Assembly: GCA_031409655.1 (NCBI GenBank)
Contig: JANNXQ010000257.1
Coordinates: forward strand, 1 to 36,169
From: Chthoniobacteraceae bacterium
GTDB lineage: Bacteria; Verrucomicrobiota; Verrucomicrobiia; Chthoniobacterales; Chthoniobacteraceae
Length of the DNA stretch: 36,169 bases
Direction of reading: 5' to 3'
The translations under genes and the position numbers were made by a program. Positions 25,675 to 34,196 of the stretch are shown in pieces. The notes under the pieces are model-generated. The model was not told the DNA's origin. It worked only from the letters and a program-made list of their open reading frames with translations, and did no database searches. Position 1 is the first letter of the stretch; each line of letters begins with the position of its first letter.

Positions 25675-27683
25675 AACCCACCTCCATCCTGACCAAAACC
25701 ATCGCCGCCGCTGCTCTCGCGGTCGGCTGCGCCACCGTGGCCGAGGCCGCTCCCGTCATCAGCCGCCTGACGCCGCCGAGCGCCCTCTTCACCTTCAGCG
25801 ATCCGAATCCCCCGATCATTGCGCGCTTCCTGCCCGGCCAGCGCTTCGATCTGCAAGTGACCGCGCGGCCCGACGCCGGCCAGACCATCACCGGAGTGAC
25901 CTTTAAGGTGAATGGGGTGCCCGTTCCCGGCATCGTTTCTTCGACTCCCGCCACCGTCGCGGGCCTCCCGGCAAATACCTCCGTGTGGACCCTGCGCGCC
26001 TATGCAAACAACGTCGCCGGCATCAAGACGCTGACGGCCGATGCGATCCAGAGCGATGCGCAGACCGCCAGCGCCACTGGCAACTTCGAGGTCGTCGGCA
26101 TCACCAATCAGGGCAAGAAGGCGAAGAACGTCATCTTCCTCATCGGCGATGGCTTCGGATCCAACCACCGCACTGCCGCGCGCATCATGCGCCACGGCAT
26201 CCAGCAGGGGAAATCGAACGACCGCCTCGCGGTGGATAAGATGCCCTTCCTCGGCCTCGTCGAGACTGCCTCGCTCAACTCTATCATCCCTGACTCCTCG
26301 CCGGGCGCCTCCTGTTACTCCAGCGGCAATGAAGCGAATAACAACCAGCAGAACGTCTTTCCGGACGACACGACGAACAACTTTGATAACCCGCGCGTGG
26401 AGATCGTTGGCGAATATCTCGCCCGCACCCAGGGCAAGAGCCTCGGCATCGTCACGACCTCGGATGTCTTTGACGCCACACCCGGCGCCTTTGGCACCCA
26501 CACCTCGAATCGCGGCGCCGGCACGGGCATTTGCGATCAGTTCCTCGATGAAGCGGCAGCGGTCGGCGGCTTGAAGGTGCTCCTTGGCGGCGGACGCAAA
26601 TGGTTTCTACCCAACGTGGTGCCTGGCTCGGCGCGCAGTAACTCAAACGACTATGTCCACCCTGCGGAGCTCGCTGCGGGCTGGGGCGTCGTGGCGGGGG
26701 CTCTCGATCCTGCTCGCGACCTGATCAATGATTTCCAGTTGGCTGGCTTCACCTACACGCCGGACGCCACGAGCCTCGCCGCCATCCCGGTCGCGACGAC
26801 CAAGCTCCTCGGCCTCTTCTCGCTTTCGAACATGAATGTCGCCCTCGACAAGATTAACGGTCCTGCAAAGCGCAACGTCGTCCCGGTCGGTAGCACGACC
26901 GGCAATCCCGTCGTCTCCGACTACGGGTTCCCCGACCAGCCGATGCTCGATCAAATGACCGACAAGGCGCTCCAGGTCCTCAACACCAACCCGAATGGCT
27001 TCGTGCTCATGGTCGAGGCCGCTTCGATCGACAAGCAGGCGCATAATATGGACACCGAGCGCTGGATCCTCGACACCATCGAGTTTGATTACGCAATCGA
27101 GAAGTGCCGCCAGTTCCAGACCGCCAATCCCGATACGCTAGTCATCGTCACCGCCGACCACGAGTGCGCCGGCGTCGCCATCATCGGTGCGTCGCGCGTG
27201 ACCAATGCCGACCTGACGATCCGCTCCACCTCGGGCCTCGGCATTGCCGCTGGTGGTCCCCGCTCGGGTGTGGTCGGTGCGTATGAATCGGCGGGCTTCC
27301 CCATCTACACCATCGCAGGCGATGGCTACCCGACGACCACCGACCCCGACTACAAGATGCTCATCGGTTACGCCGGCAATGCGGACCGCAACGAAGACTG
27401 GCTCACCAACCCATTCCCTCAGCGCGACAGCCAGCAGCCCTTCAACGGCGTGGCCCCGCTCAACACCTATCCAACCGGACCGGTCAACCGCGACGTGGCG
27501 GGTGGCTTCACCCTCACCGGTGCAGTGGACCCGCTCAACGCCGGCACCTCGGCCGTCCACACGGGCGGAGACATTCCCGTCTCGGCCCAGGGCCGCGGCG
27601 CGAAGTTCTTCACCGGAGTGATGGATAACACCGACGTGTTCTTCAAAGCCATGCAAGCCGCGATCGGCGGAGCATCCAATTAA
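25671..27683 (+). CDS. phoA: Alkaline phosphatase with N-terminal Ig-like extension
   Basis: 'NVIFLIGDG', catalytic 'DSSPGAS', 'DATPGA', 'VEAASIDKQAH', 'TADH', 'HTGGD'; signal peptide MKPTSIL...AEA. Confidence 0.9.
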   Translation: MKPTSILTKTIAAAALAVGCATVAEAAPVISRLTPPSALFTFSDPNPPIIARFLPGQRFDLQVTARPDAGQTITGVTFKVNGVPVPGIVSSTPATVAGLPANTSVWTLRAYANNVAGIKTLTADAIQSDAQTASATGNFEVVGITNQGKKAKNVIFLIGDGFGSNHRTAARIMRHGIQQGKSNDRLAVDKMPFLGLVETASLNSIIPDSSPGASCYSSGNEANNNQQNVFPDDTTNNFDNPRVEIVGEYLARTQGKSLGIVTTSDVFDATPGAFGTHTSNRGAGTGICDQFLDEAAAVGGLKVLLGGGRKWFLPNVVPGSARSNSNDYVHPAELAAGWGVVAGALDPARDLINDFQLAGFTYTPDATSLAAIPVATTKLLGLFSLSNMNVALDKINGPAKRNVVPVGSTTGNPVVSDYGFPDQPMLDQMTDKALQVLNTNPNGFVLMVEAASIDKQAHNMDTERWILDTIEFDYAIEKCRQFQTANPDTLVIVTADHECAGVAIIGASRVTNADLTIRSTSGLGIAAGGPRSGVVGAYESAGFPIYTIAGDGYPTTTDPDYKMLIGYAGNADRNEDWLTNPFPQRDSQQPFNGVAPLNTYPTGPVNRDVAGGFTLTGAVDPLNAGTSAVHTGGDIPVSAQGRGAKFFTGVMDNTDVFFKAMQAAIGGASN

Positions 27684-27707
27684 GTAAGTCACCAAACAGC
27701 CAAGACC

Positions 27708-28343
27708 ATGCAAACTCGCAAACAACTTGGCCTCGCTCTCAGCGCCGCCGCCCTTCTTGGGGCGGTGGCTACGAGCCAGGCCGCCGGCGCCTTCAACCTG
27801 AATTTTGACGGCCCCGGCAGTATCGCCGATGACTTCGCACCGATCTTCCTCACTATCGGCTACGGCCAGTTCGTGCCGACGCTCGATAGCTTCGGCGATC
27901 CAATCCCGGGCAGCGACCATTGGGAAATTGACCCAACGGGCGGCGACGTGCCCGTACTCGACCCGAGCACCGTCGGCTACGGCACCGCGCCCTCACCCGG
28001 CAAAGCGCTCGACGCCCGCAGCGGCCCCGTGCTGCTCGTCTTCGATACGCCATTCGCCTTCGACAGCTTCACGGCCACGCTCGACAACAGCACCTTCGGC
28101 AACCTCTCCGGGACCGACGTACAGTTCTTCGACGCGAGCAATGCGCTCCTCTTCTCCGCGCCCGTGAATCAATCGACGCCCGGCTTCACGGTGAGTGTCG
28201 GCGCGATCGGCGCGGTGAAGACCGTGCTGCTCCCGCCCACCGCCTTCTACGACAACATCGCCGCCGTCCCCGAGCCGACCACTGCCGCCGCGCTGCTCGG
28301 CGGCACCGCGATGCTAGTCGGGCTGCGTCGTCGCCGCCGCTAG
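27708..28343 (+). CDS. PEP-CTERM sorting domain protein
   Basis: Signal peptide; C-terminal 'VPEPTTAAALLGGTAMLVGLRRRRR'. Confidence 0.92.
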   Translation: MQTRKQLGLALSAAALLGAVATSQAAGAFNLNFDGPGSIADDFAPIFLTIGYGQFVPTLDSFGDPIPGSDHWEIDPTGGDVPVLDPSTVGYGTAPSPGKALDARSGPVLLVFDTPFAFDSFTATLDNSTFGNLSGTDVQFFDASNALLFSAPVNQSTPGFTVSVGAIGAVKTVLLPPTAFYDNIAAVPEPTTAAALLGGTAMLVGLRRRRR

Positions 28344-28350
28344 CACTCCC

Positions 28351-28406
28351 TTTTGGGTGGCATAGATCAGACGCCCACTCCGGTCCCATCCCGGAGCGGG
28401 CGTTTG
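28351..28406 (+). other. Repeated 3'-UTR hairpin motif, copy 1
   Basis: TGGGTGGCATAGATCA then stem CAGACGCCC.CTCCGG-[TCCCATC]-CCGGAG.GGGCGTTTG. Confidence 0.6.
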
Positions 28407-28440
28407 CTGGAAGTTCCATTAGTCGCGCAAGCCCAAGCCT

Positions 28441-29169
28441 ATGTCGTCTCCACTCGATCGTCGCTCCTTCCTCCAGCGATTCGTCCTCGGTTCGGCTTCG
28501 TCCATCGTCGCGGGGAAGCTGTGGTCGGGGCGGGTGCTCGGCGCCCTGCTCGAAGGCCCGGATGGGATACTCACGGTCAAGGTCAGCGATTATCCGGCGC
28601 TGCAAGCCATCGGCGGCTCCATCCAGTTATCTTTCTGGGATTTGTTTTATCCGGTGATCGTCAATCGCGGGGCCGGCAATGTCTTCTACGCGATAGATTC
28701 CGACTGCCAGCATCTGAACTGCGTTGTCCAGCCTTACAACCACAGTGATGGAGTCATCCTGTGCCCCTGCCACGGATCGACCTATGCGATCGATGGCTCG
28801 CTGGTCGGCGGGCCCGCTCTGCGCGGCTTGAATACTTTTCAAACCAGTTACGACGGTGTGGATACCGTGAAAGTTACCATCCCCGGTCTGCACTTCAGTA
28901 TTTCGCAGATCGCCGTCCACTCCGTCACCGGACCAGAGTCGCGGCGACTCAGTTTGCAGACCGACATCTTCCCGTACGCCCGTTACCGGGTCTGTTTTCA
29001 GAAGGAGTTAGCGGATGCGCCGCAACCCATCGCCTTTGCCACAACGCCCGGAGGACCAGCCAATGCCACGACCGGCTACGCGACTTCCAGCCCGGTGACC
29101 CTCTACGTGGACGCCACGACCGGGCGTGGCTTCTACACCGTCGTGCTCGTCGCGCAACCTTACCAGTGA
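28441..29169 (+). CDS. Tat-exported Rieske [2Fe-2S] protein with extra C-terminal domain
   Basis: Twin-arginine 'DRRSFL'; Rieske ligands 'CQHLNC' and 'CPCHGS'; 'GPALRGL'. Confidence 0.88.
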   Translation: MSSPLDRRSFLQRFVLGSASSIVAGKLWSGRVLGALLEGPDGILTVKVSDYPALQAIGGSIQLSFWDLFYPVIVNRGAGNVFYAIDSDCQHLNCVVQPYNHSDGVILCPCHGSTYAIDGSLVGGPALRGLNTFQTSYDGVDTVKVTIPGLHFSISQIAVHSVTGPESRRLSLQTDIFPYARYRVCFQKELADAPQPIAFATTPGGPANATTGYATSSPVTLYVDATTGRGFYTVVLVAQPYQ

Positions 29170-29198
29170 GCCTTGGATCCGGCCTGAAGAGATTTTCG

Positions 29199-29246
29199 TG
29201 GGTGGCGTAGATCAAGTCCCGCTCCGGTCCCATCCTGGAAGGACTT
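29199..29246 (+). other. Repeated 3'-UTR hairpin motif, copy 2
   Basis: TGGGTGGCGTAGATCA then AAGTCC...TCCGG-[TCCCATC]-CTGGA.GGACTT. Confidence 0.6.
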
Positions 29247-29426
29247 CCTGATTAACGGTTTGCCCGCTATGCAAATTGTGGGCAAAAGCGACAATCCTCA
29301 AAGCAATCACGGAACTGTCTAATCAATCCGAAAACGAGCGCCACGGAAATGCCGTAGTGGCGGCACGCGATCTTTGCAATCCGGCGCGTGCTATTTCCCT
29401 TTCGATTGTGGTTTAAGACGCGCTCA

Positions 29427-31112
29427 ATGAATCATCGTTCTCCTTTCATCCCAAGCCGCGGCCGCGCCGTGCGACTCATCCTTTCGACGAGTGCCTTCAT
29501 CGCGCTCTCCAGCTTCACGCAGGCGCAATTTACTTCGACCAACCGCGATGTCATTTCCGCGAATACCGGCATCTGGTCCGCAGCGGGCGTGAACTTGAAT
29601 GGGACGCAGTTCATCAATCTCGGCCTGCAAGGCGTGGGCCGGGTCGCCGCGAATAGCTCGCAGACTTTTGACGGCGGCACGACGACCGAGACGCTCGGGT
29701 CGATCTCCGACATGCAGATCACTGATTGGGTGAATAACGGCAACGGCTCTTTCAGCGGCACGTTCAGTTTCCTGCCCGACCGCGGATATAACTCTGGAAC
29801 GACCTTCTCGAACTACGCGGCGCGTATCAATATCTTCGACTTTACCTTCACGCCGCATACGTCGAACGCGACGACGACTCTGCAAAATCAGATCGCGATG
29901 ACTTACACGGGCTCGACGCGCTTCACCTACGACGCTGATCCCACGGCGGGCACCGACTTCCGCCTCTCGACCGGCCTCCTCGCGAACTCCGCTGCGACGA
30001 GCCTCTTCGGCCAGCCCGTGCCGACGGTGACGGCGAGCACGACGTTGCCCGGCGACAGCGCCCTGGCGAGCCGGCTCACCCTCGATGCCGAGGGCCTCGC
30101 TTACGACACCCGCCCTGGCAAGGAAGGCACCGGCTGGATGGGAGACGAATACGGAGCCTTTCTTTATCACTTCAACGCGAGCAAGCAGATCGACGGCATC
30201 GTCACCATCCCGCAGGCGCTCGTCCCGCATCGCCCGGCTGGCACCACTTACTTTACCGATAGCCCGGCCAATCTGGATGGACGCCGCGTGAATCAAGGCA
30301 TGGAAGGCATCGCCCTCAGCCCGGATGGGACCCGGCTTTTTGCACTCCTCCAGAGCGCCACGATCCAGGATTCCGCCTCCGGCAATGAAGGCCGCACGAA
30401 TACGCGGGTGTTGGTCTATGACGTGTCTGGCGGCGACGTGCCCACGGACCCGATCGACCAATACGTGATCCAGCTCCCGCGCATCGACTCGGACTTGAGC
30501 GGCACGGTCGATCGCGCCGGTGCGCAAAGCAGCGTCATCGCACTGGACAATCAAAAGCTGCTGATCCTTTCGCGCGACGGCAACGGCCTTGGGGCCAACG
30601 GCCCGGCGCCCGTCTTCAAGTCCATGCTCCTCGCCGACCTCTCCACCGGCACGGACATCGACGGCCTCTATGACGCGGCGGGCCTGCGGATCACCACCGG
30701 CGTGGGCTCCGATACGCTGCTCGGCAGCATCGTTCCGGTGCAGTGGACCGAAGCCTTGAACATGCTGGGGAAACTCGATCTCGGCGTGACCGAGTTGGAG
30801 CAATTCAACCTGAACCTGGGCGCCAACAACGGTGACCTCAACACCATCTCGGAAAAGTGGGAAGCAATGTCGCTCGTCCCGGCCAATGACGGCACCGGCG
30901 AGTTCTTCCTCTTTGTCGGAAACGACAACGATTTCCAGACCCAGACCGGGACACTCATTCAAGCAAACGGCACGAACGTCAGCTACAACGCCGGACTCGA
31001 GAACGACACCATGGTCCTCGCCTTCCGTGTGGCCGTCGTCCCTGAGCCGTCGAGCGCGCTACTCCTTGCCAGCGGCGCCGGACTCCTTGGGTTGCGCCGC
31101 CGCCTCCGGTAG
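29427..31112 (+). CDS. Esterase-like activity of phytase family protein with PEP-CTERM
   Basis: 'LPDRGYN', 'LDAEGL', 'DEYG', 'NQGMEGIALSPDG', 'EKWEAM', 'GNDNDF'; C-terminal 'VPEPSSALLL...LRRRLR'. Confidence 0.85.
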   Translation: MNHRSPFIPSRGRAVRLILSTSAFIALSSFTQAQFTSTNRDVISANTGIWSAAGVNLNGTQFINLGLQGVGRVAANSSQTFDGGTTTETLGSISDMQITDWVNNGNGSFSGTFSFLPDRGYNSGTTFSNYAARINIFDFTFTPHTSNATTTLQNQIAMTYTGSTRFTYDADPTAGTDFRLSTGLLANSAATSLFGQPVPTVTASTTLPGDSALASRLTLDAEGLAYDTRPGKEGTGWMGDEYGAFLYHFNASKQIDGIVTIPQALVPHRPAGTTYFTDSPANLDGRRVNQGMEGIALSPDGTRLFALLQSATIQDSASGNEGRTNTRVLVYDVSGGDVPTDPIDQYVIQLPRIDSDLSGTVDRAGAQSSVIALDNQKLLILSRDGNGLGANGPAPVFKSMLLADLSTGTDIDGLYDAAGLRITTGVGSDTLLGSIVPVQWTEALNMLGKLDLGVTELEQFNLNLGANNGDLNTISEKWEAMSLVPANDGTGEFFLFVGNDNDFQTQTGTLIQANGTNVSYNAGLENDTMVLAFRVAVVPEPSSALLLASGAGLLGLRRRLR

Positions 31113-31120
31113 TTTTCTCC

Positions 31121-31180
31121 TTGGGTTGGCATATCAGATACCCGCTTCGGTCCTAACCCGAAGCGGGTCTGCCAACTCAA
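31121..31180 (+). other. Repeated 3'-UTR hairpin motif, copy 3
   Basis: TTGGGTTGGCATATCA then CCCGCTTCGG-[TCCTAAC]-CCGAAGCGGG; outer stem TTGGGTTGGCA/TGCCAACTCAA also possible. Confidence 0.6.
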
Positions 31181-31211
31181 TTTTCGGCGCACTTCACGTG
31201 CAAAAACTACG

Positions 31212-31250
31212 GCCCGCTCTGGACCCCAGCCGGGGCGGGCTCTTTTTTTT
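31212..31250 (+). terminator. Rho-independent terminator
   Basis: GCCCGCTCTGG-[ACCCCAG]-CCGGGGCGGGC followed by TC and T8. Confidence 0.8.
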
Positions 31251-31324
31251 GGTCGCATCCGACCGCACCTTCGACCCGTGATGATCATTGAATTCCGCCT
31301 GTCTCCGCGGAAGATCGCGCTCCG

Positions 31325-31990
31325 ATGAAAAAGCTGTTCGCGGAAACCCTTGGCACCTTCGCCCTCGTCTTTGCGGGCACGGGCGCGATCGTCATCAATC
31401 ACGCTAGCGGCGGCACGATCGGTCACGCCGGGATCGCGCTGACCTTCGGCCTGATGGTCCTCGCGATGATCTACACTTTCGGCGAGGTGAGCGGTGCGCA
31501 TTTTAATCCCGCCGTGACCGTGGCCTTCGCGGCGGCGCGGCGTTTTCCTTGGAAGGAAGTGCCGAGCTACGTTGGCGCGCAATTGATCGGTGCGTTCGCC
31601 GCGAGCGCCTTGCTGCGCTTGCTCTTCCCGGCGGATGCCACCCTCGGCGCCACCCATCCGGCGGGCGCGGCGTCGCAAAGTTTTATCCTCGAAGTAGTGC
31701 TCACGTTTCTGCTCATGCTCGTCATCCTGAGCGTCTCGACCGGGGCGAAGGAAAAGGGCATCACGGCGGGCATCGCCATCGGCGCGATGGTCGCGCTGGG
31801 GGCGATGTTTGCGGGCCCGATCAGCGGGGCATCCATGAATCCCGCGCGCTCCATCGCCCCGGCGGTGATGAGCGGCCGCGTGGAGCATCTCTGGATCTAT
31901 CTCGCCGGGCCGCTCCTGGGCGCGCTGCTCGCCATCCCGGCCTGCTACGGCGTCCGCGGAGCGGATTGTTGCGACACGCCTTCCTCATGA
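31325..31990 (+). CDS. MIP family channel (aquaporin/aquaglyceroporin), probable arsenite channel
   Basis: Two NPA motifs ('[10 protein letters not shown]', 'GASMNPARS'); ATGA overlap with arsC. Confidence 0.92.
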   Translation: MKKLFAETLGTFALVFAGTGAIVINHASGGTIGHAGIALTFGLMVLAMIYTFGEVSGAHFNPAVTVAFAAARRFPWKEVPSYVGAQLIGAFAASALLRLLFPADATLGATHPAGAASQSFILEVVLTFLLMLVILSVSTGAKEKGITAGIAIGAMVALGAMFAGPISGASMNPARSIAPAVMSGRVEHLWIYLAGPLLGALLAIPACYGVRGADCCDTPSS

Positions 31991-32421
31991 ACAAACCGCT
32001 CGTCCTCATCCTCTGCACCGGGAACTCGTGCCGCAGTCATCTGGCCGAGGGTATCCTGCGCGCGGCGGCGGGCGATCTCGTGGAAGTGGCGAGCGCGGGA
32101 TCGAAACCGGCGGGCTATGTGCATCCGCTCGCGATCCGCGTGATGCAGGAGATCGGGATCGACATCTCCGCGCATCGCTCGAAGCACCTGAACGAATTTC
32201 TCGATCGTCCGGTGCAGACCGTCATCACGGTCTGCGGCCATGCGGATCAAGTCTGTCCGCTGTTTCCCGGGCAGGTACATCGGTATCACTGGGGTTTCGA
32301 CGATCCGGCGCACGCCGGTGGAAGTGACGAAGAGCAACTCGCCGTCTTCCGCCGGGTGCGGGACGAGATTCGGCGGCTCTTTGAGGCATATGCAGCGGGG
32401 CTGCGCGAGGGTTCGTCGTAG
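31987..32421 (+). CDS. arsC: Arsenate reductase, LMW-PTP fold (thioredoxin-coupled type)
   Basis: P-loop 'CTGNSCRS', second Cys pair '[11 protein letters not shown]', 'HWGFDDP'. Start MNKPLV at 31987. Confidence 0.9.
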   Translation: MNKPLVLILCTGNSCRSHLAEGILRAAAGDLVEVASAGSKPAGYVHPLAIRVMQEIGIDISAHRSKHLNEFLDRPVQTVITVCGHADQVCPLFPGQVHRYHWGFDDPAHAGGSDEEQLAVFRRVRDEIRRLFEAYAAGLREGSS

Positions 32422-32502
32422 GCGATCTCCCGGGGCTGGGCCGGTTCGGAGCGGAAGCAACTCGCCGCAACATCCGCCCAGCCACGCCCGCGGCGCGTAC
32501 CG

Positions 32503-34104
32503 TTACACTTTCGGGCCGGCAGCTTTCACCGCGGGCGCGGCGCCGGCTTCGAACTTCTTGAAGTTTTCAATGAAGAGTCCGGCCAGCTTTCGCGCGGTCG
32601 CGGCAAAGGCTTCTTTGTCGGCCCAGGTGTTTTCCGGGATGAGCATCTCGGAGGGGACGTGCGGCACTTGCGTGACGACTTGGACGCCGAAGATCGGGTC
32701 GGGCTGCGTCGGCGCGCTGGCGAGCGTGCCGGCGTGGATGGCGTCGATGATCGCGCGGGTGAACTTTAACTTAATGCGCGCGCCGATGCCGTGGCTGCCG
32801 CCGCTCCAGCCGGTGTTGATCAGCCACACGTTCACTTTGTGCTCCCGCATTTTCTCCGCGAGCAGCTCGGCGTACTTCGCCGGATGCCAGACGAGGAAGG
32901 GGGCACCGAAGCACGCGCTGAAGGTCGCCGAAGGTTCCGTCACACCCATCTCGGTGCCCGCGACCTTCGCGGTGTAGCCGGAGATGAAGTGATACATGGC
33001 CTGCTCGGGCGTGAGCTTGGAGACGGGAGGGAGCACGCCGAAGGCATCGCACGTCAGGAAGATGATGTCCGTCGGGTGGCCCGCGACGCACGGCAGCTTG
33101 GCGTTCTTGATGAACTCGATGGGGTAAGCGCCGCGCGTGTTCTGCGTGATGCTGGTGTCGTGGAAATCGACGTGATGCCCTTCGTCGTCGAAGACCACAT
33201 TCTCCAGCACGCTGCCGAAGCGCAGGGCGTGGAAGATGTCCGGCTCGTTCTCTGGCGTGAGGTCGATGGCTTTCGCGTAGCAGCCGCCTTCGATGTTGAA
33301 GATGCCGTCGTCGCCCCAGACGTGTTCGTCGTCGCCGATGAGCCGGCGTTTCGGATCGGCGGAGAGCGTCGTTTTCCCCGTGCCGGAGAGGCCGAAGAGC
33401 ACGGACGAATGGGTCCGGTGCGCATCCGCAGTCGCCGAGCAGTGCATCGAGAGCAGACCCTGCTTGGGCATGAGGTAGTTCATGATCGTGAAGACGCCCT
33501 TCTTCATTTCACCCGCGTATTCGGTGCCGAGGATGACCATCTGCTTTTCCTCAAAGGACAGGTCGATCGAGGTCTTCGAGGTCATGCCTGCGGTGAGGCG
33601 ATTCGCCGGAAAGCGGCCGGCATTGAAGATCACATAATCGGGCTCGCCGAAGGTCGCGAGTTCCTCGCGTGTCGGGCGGATGAGCATCGTCTGCATGAAG
33701 AGCGCGTGATAGGGCCGCGAGCAGACGATGCGGATCTTCAGCCGATGCCGCGAGTGCCAGCCGGCAAAGGCATCGACGACGTAAAGCCGCTCGGTCGTGT
33801 TCAGGTAGTCGATGGCGCGCTCGCGATTCAGATGAAAGGCGTGCTCGTCCATCGGCACATTCACCGCTCCCCACCACACGTCCTTTTCGGAGGCGGGATG
33901 CCGCACCACGCGCTTGTCCTGCGGCGAGCGTCCGGTCTTCGCCCCGGAGTAGGCGATGAGAGCGCCGGTGTCGGCGATCGAGGAGCCGGGCTCGTAGCGG
34001 ATGGAGTGCTCGTAGAGCTGCGCGGGCGAGAGATTGCGGTGGACGGTTTCGACGGTGATGCCGTAGGGCGCGAGGCTGATTTCGTGGAGGTGCGTGGTGC
34101 TCAT
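32503..34104 (-). CDS. pckA: Phosphoenolpyruvate carboxykinase (ATP)
   Basis: 'KTGRSPQDK', 'YAGEMKK', 'FGLSGTGKTTLS', 'LIGDDEH', 'NIEGGCYAK', 'NTR'. Confidence 0.97.
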   Translation of the reverse strand: MSTTHLHEISLAPYGITVETVHRNLSPAQLYEHSIRYEPGSSIADTGALIAYSGAKTGRSPQDKRVVRHPASEKDVWWGAVNVPMDEHAFHLNRERAIDYLNTTERLYVVDAFAGWHSRHRLKIRIVCSRPYHALFMQTMLIRPTREELATFGEPDYVIFNAGRFPANRLTAGMTSKTSIDLSFEEKQMVILGTEYAGEMKKGVFTIMNYLMPKQGLLSMHCSATADAHRTHSSVLFGLSGTGKTTLSADPKRRLIGDDEHVWGDDGIFNIEGGCYAKAIDLTPENEPDIFHALRFGSVLENVVFDDEGHHVDFHDTSITQNTRGAYPIEFIKNAKLPCVAGHPTDIIFLTCDAFGVLPPVSKLTPEQAMYHFISGYTAKVAGTEMGVTEPSATFSACFGAPFLVWHPAKYAELLAEKMREHKVNVWLINTGWSGGSHGIGARIKLKFTRAIIDAIHAGTLASAPTQPDPIFGVQVVTQVPHVPSEMLIPENTWADKEAFAATARKLAGLFIENFKKFEAGAAPAVKAAGPKV

Positions 34105-34196
34105 GGTTTGGTTGGTTTGGTGGTGCGCTCAGGCTACGCGAATGCGGCGGCGGCACTCTCCACCCCTTGCGAATCTCCCGACGCTCCTTGGCGTGC

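Noticed and set aside
28351..31250. CRISPR array or integron attC sites for the repeated hairpins
   Set aside because: No regular repeat-spacer periodicity, no cas or integrase gene, and no RYYYAAC/GTTRRRY ends.
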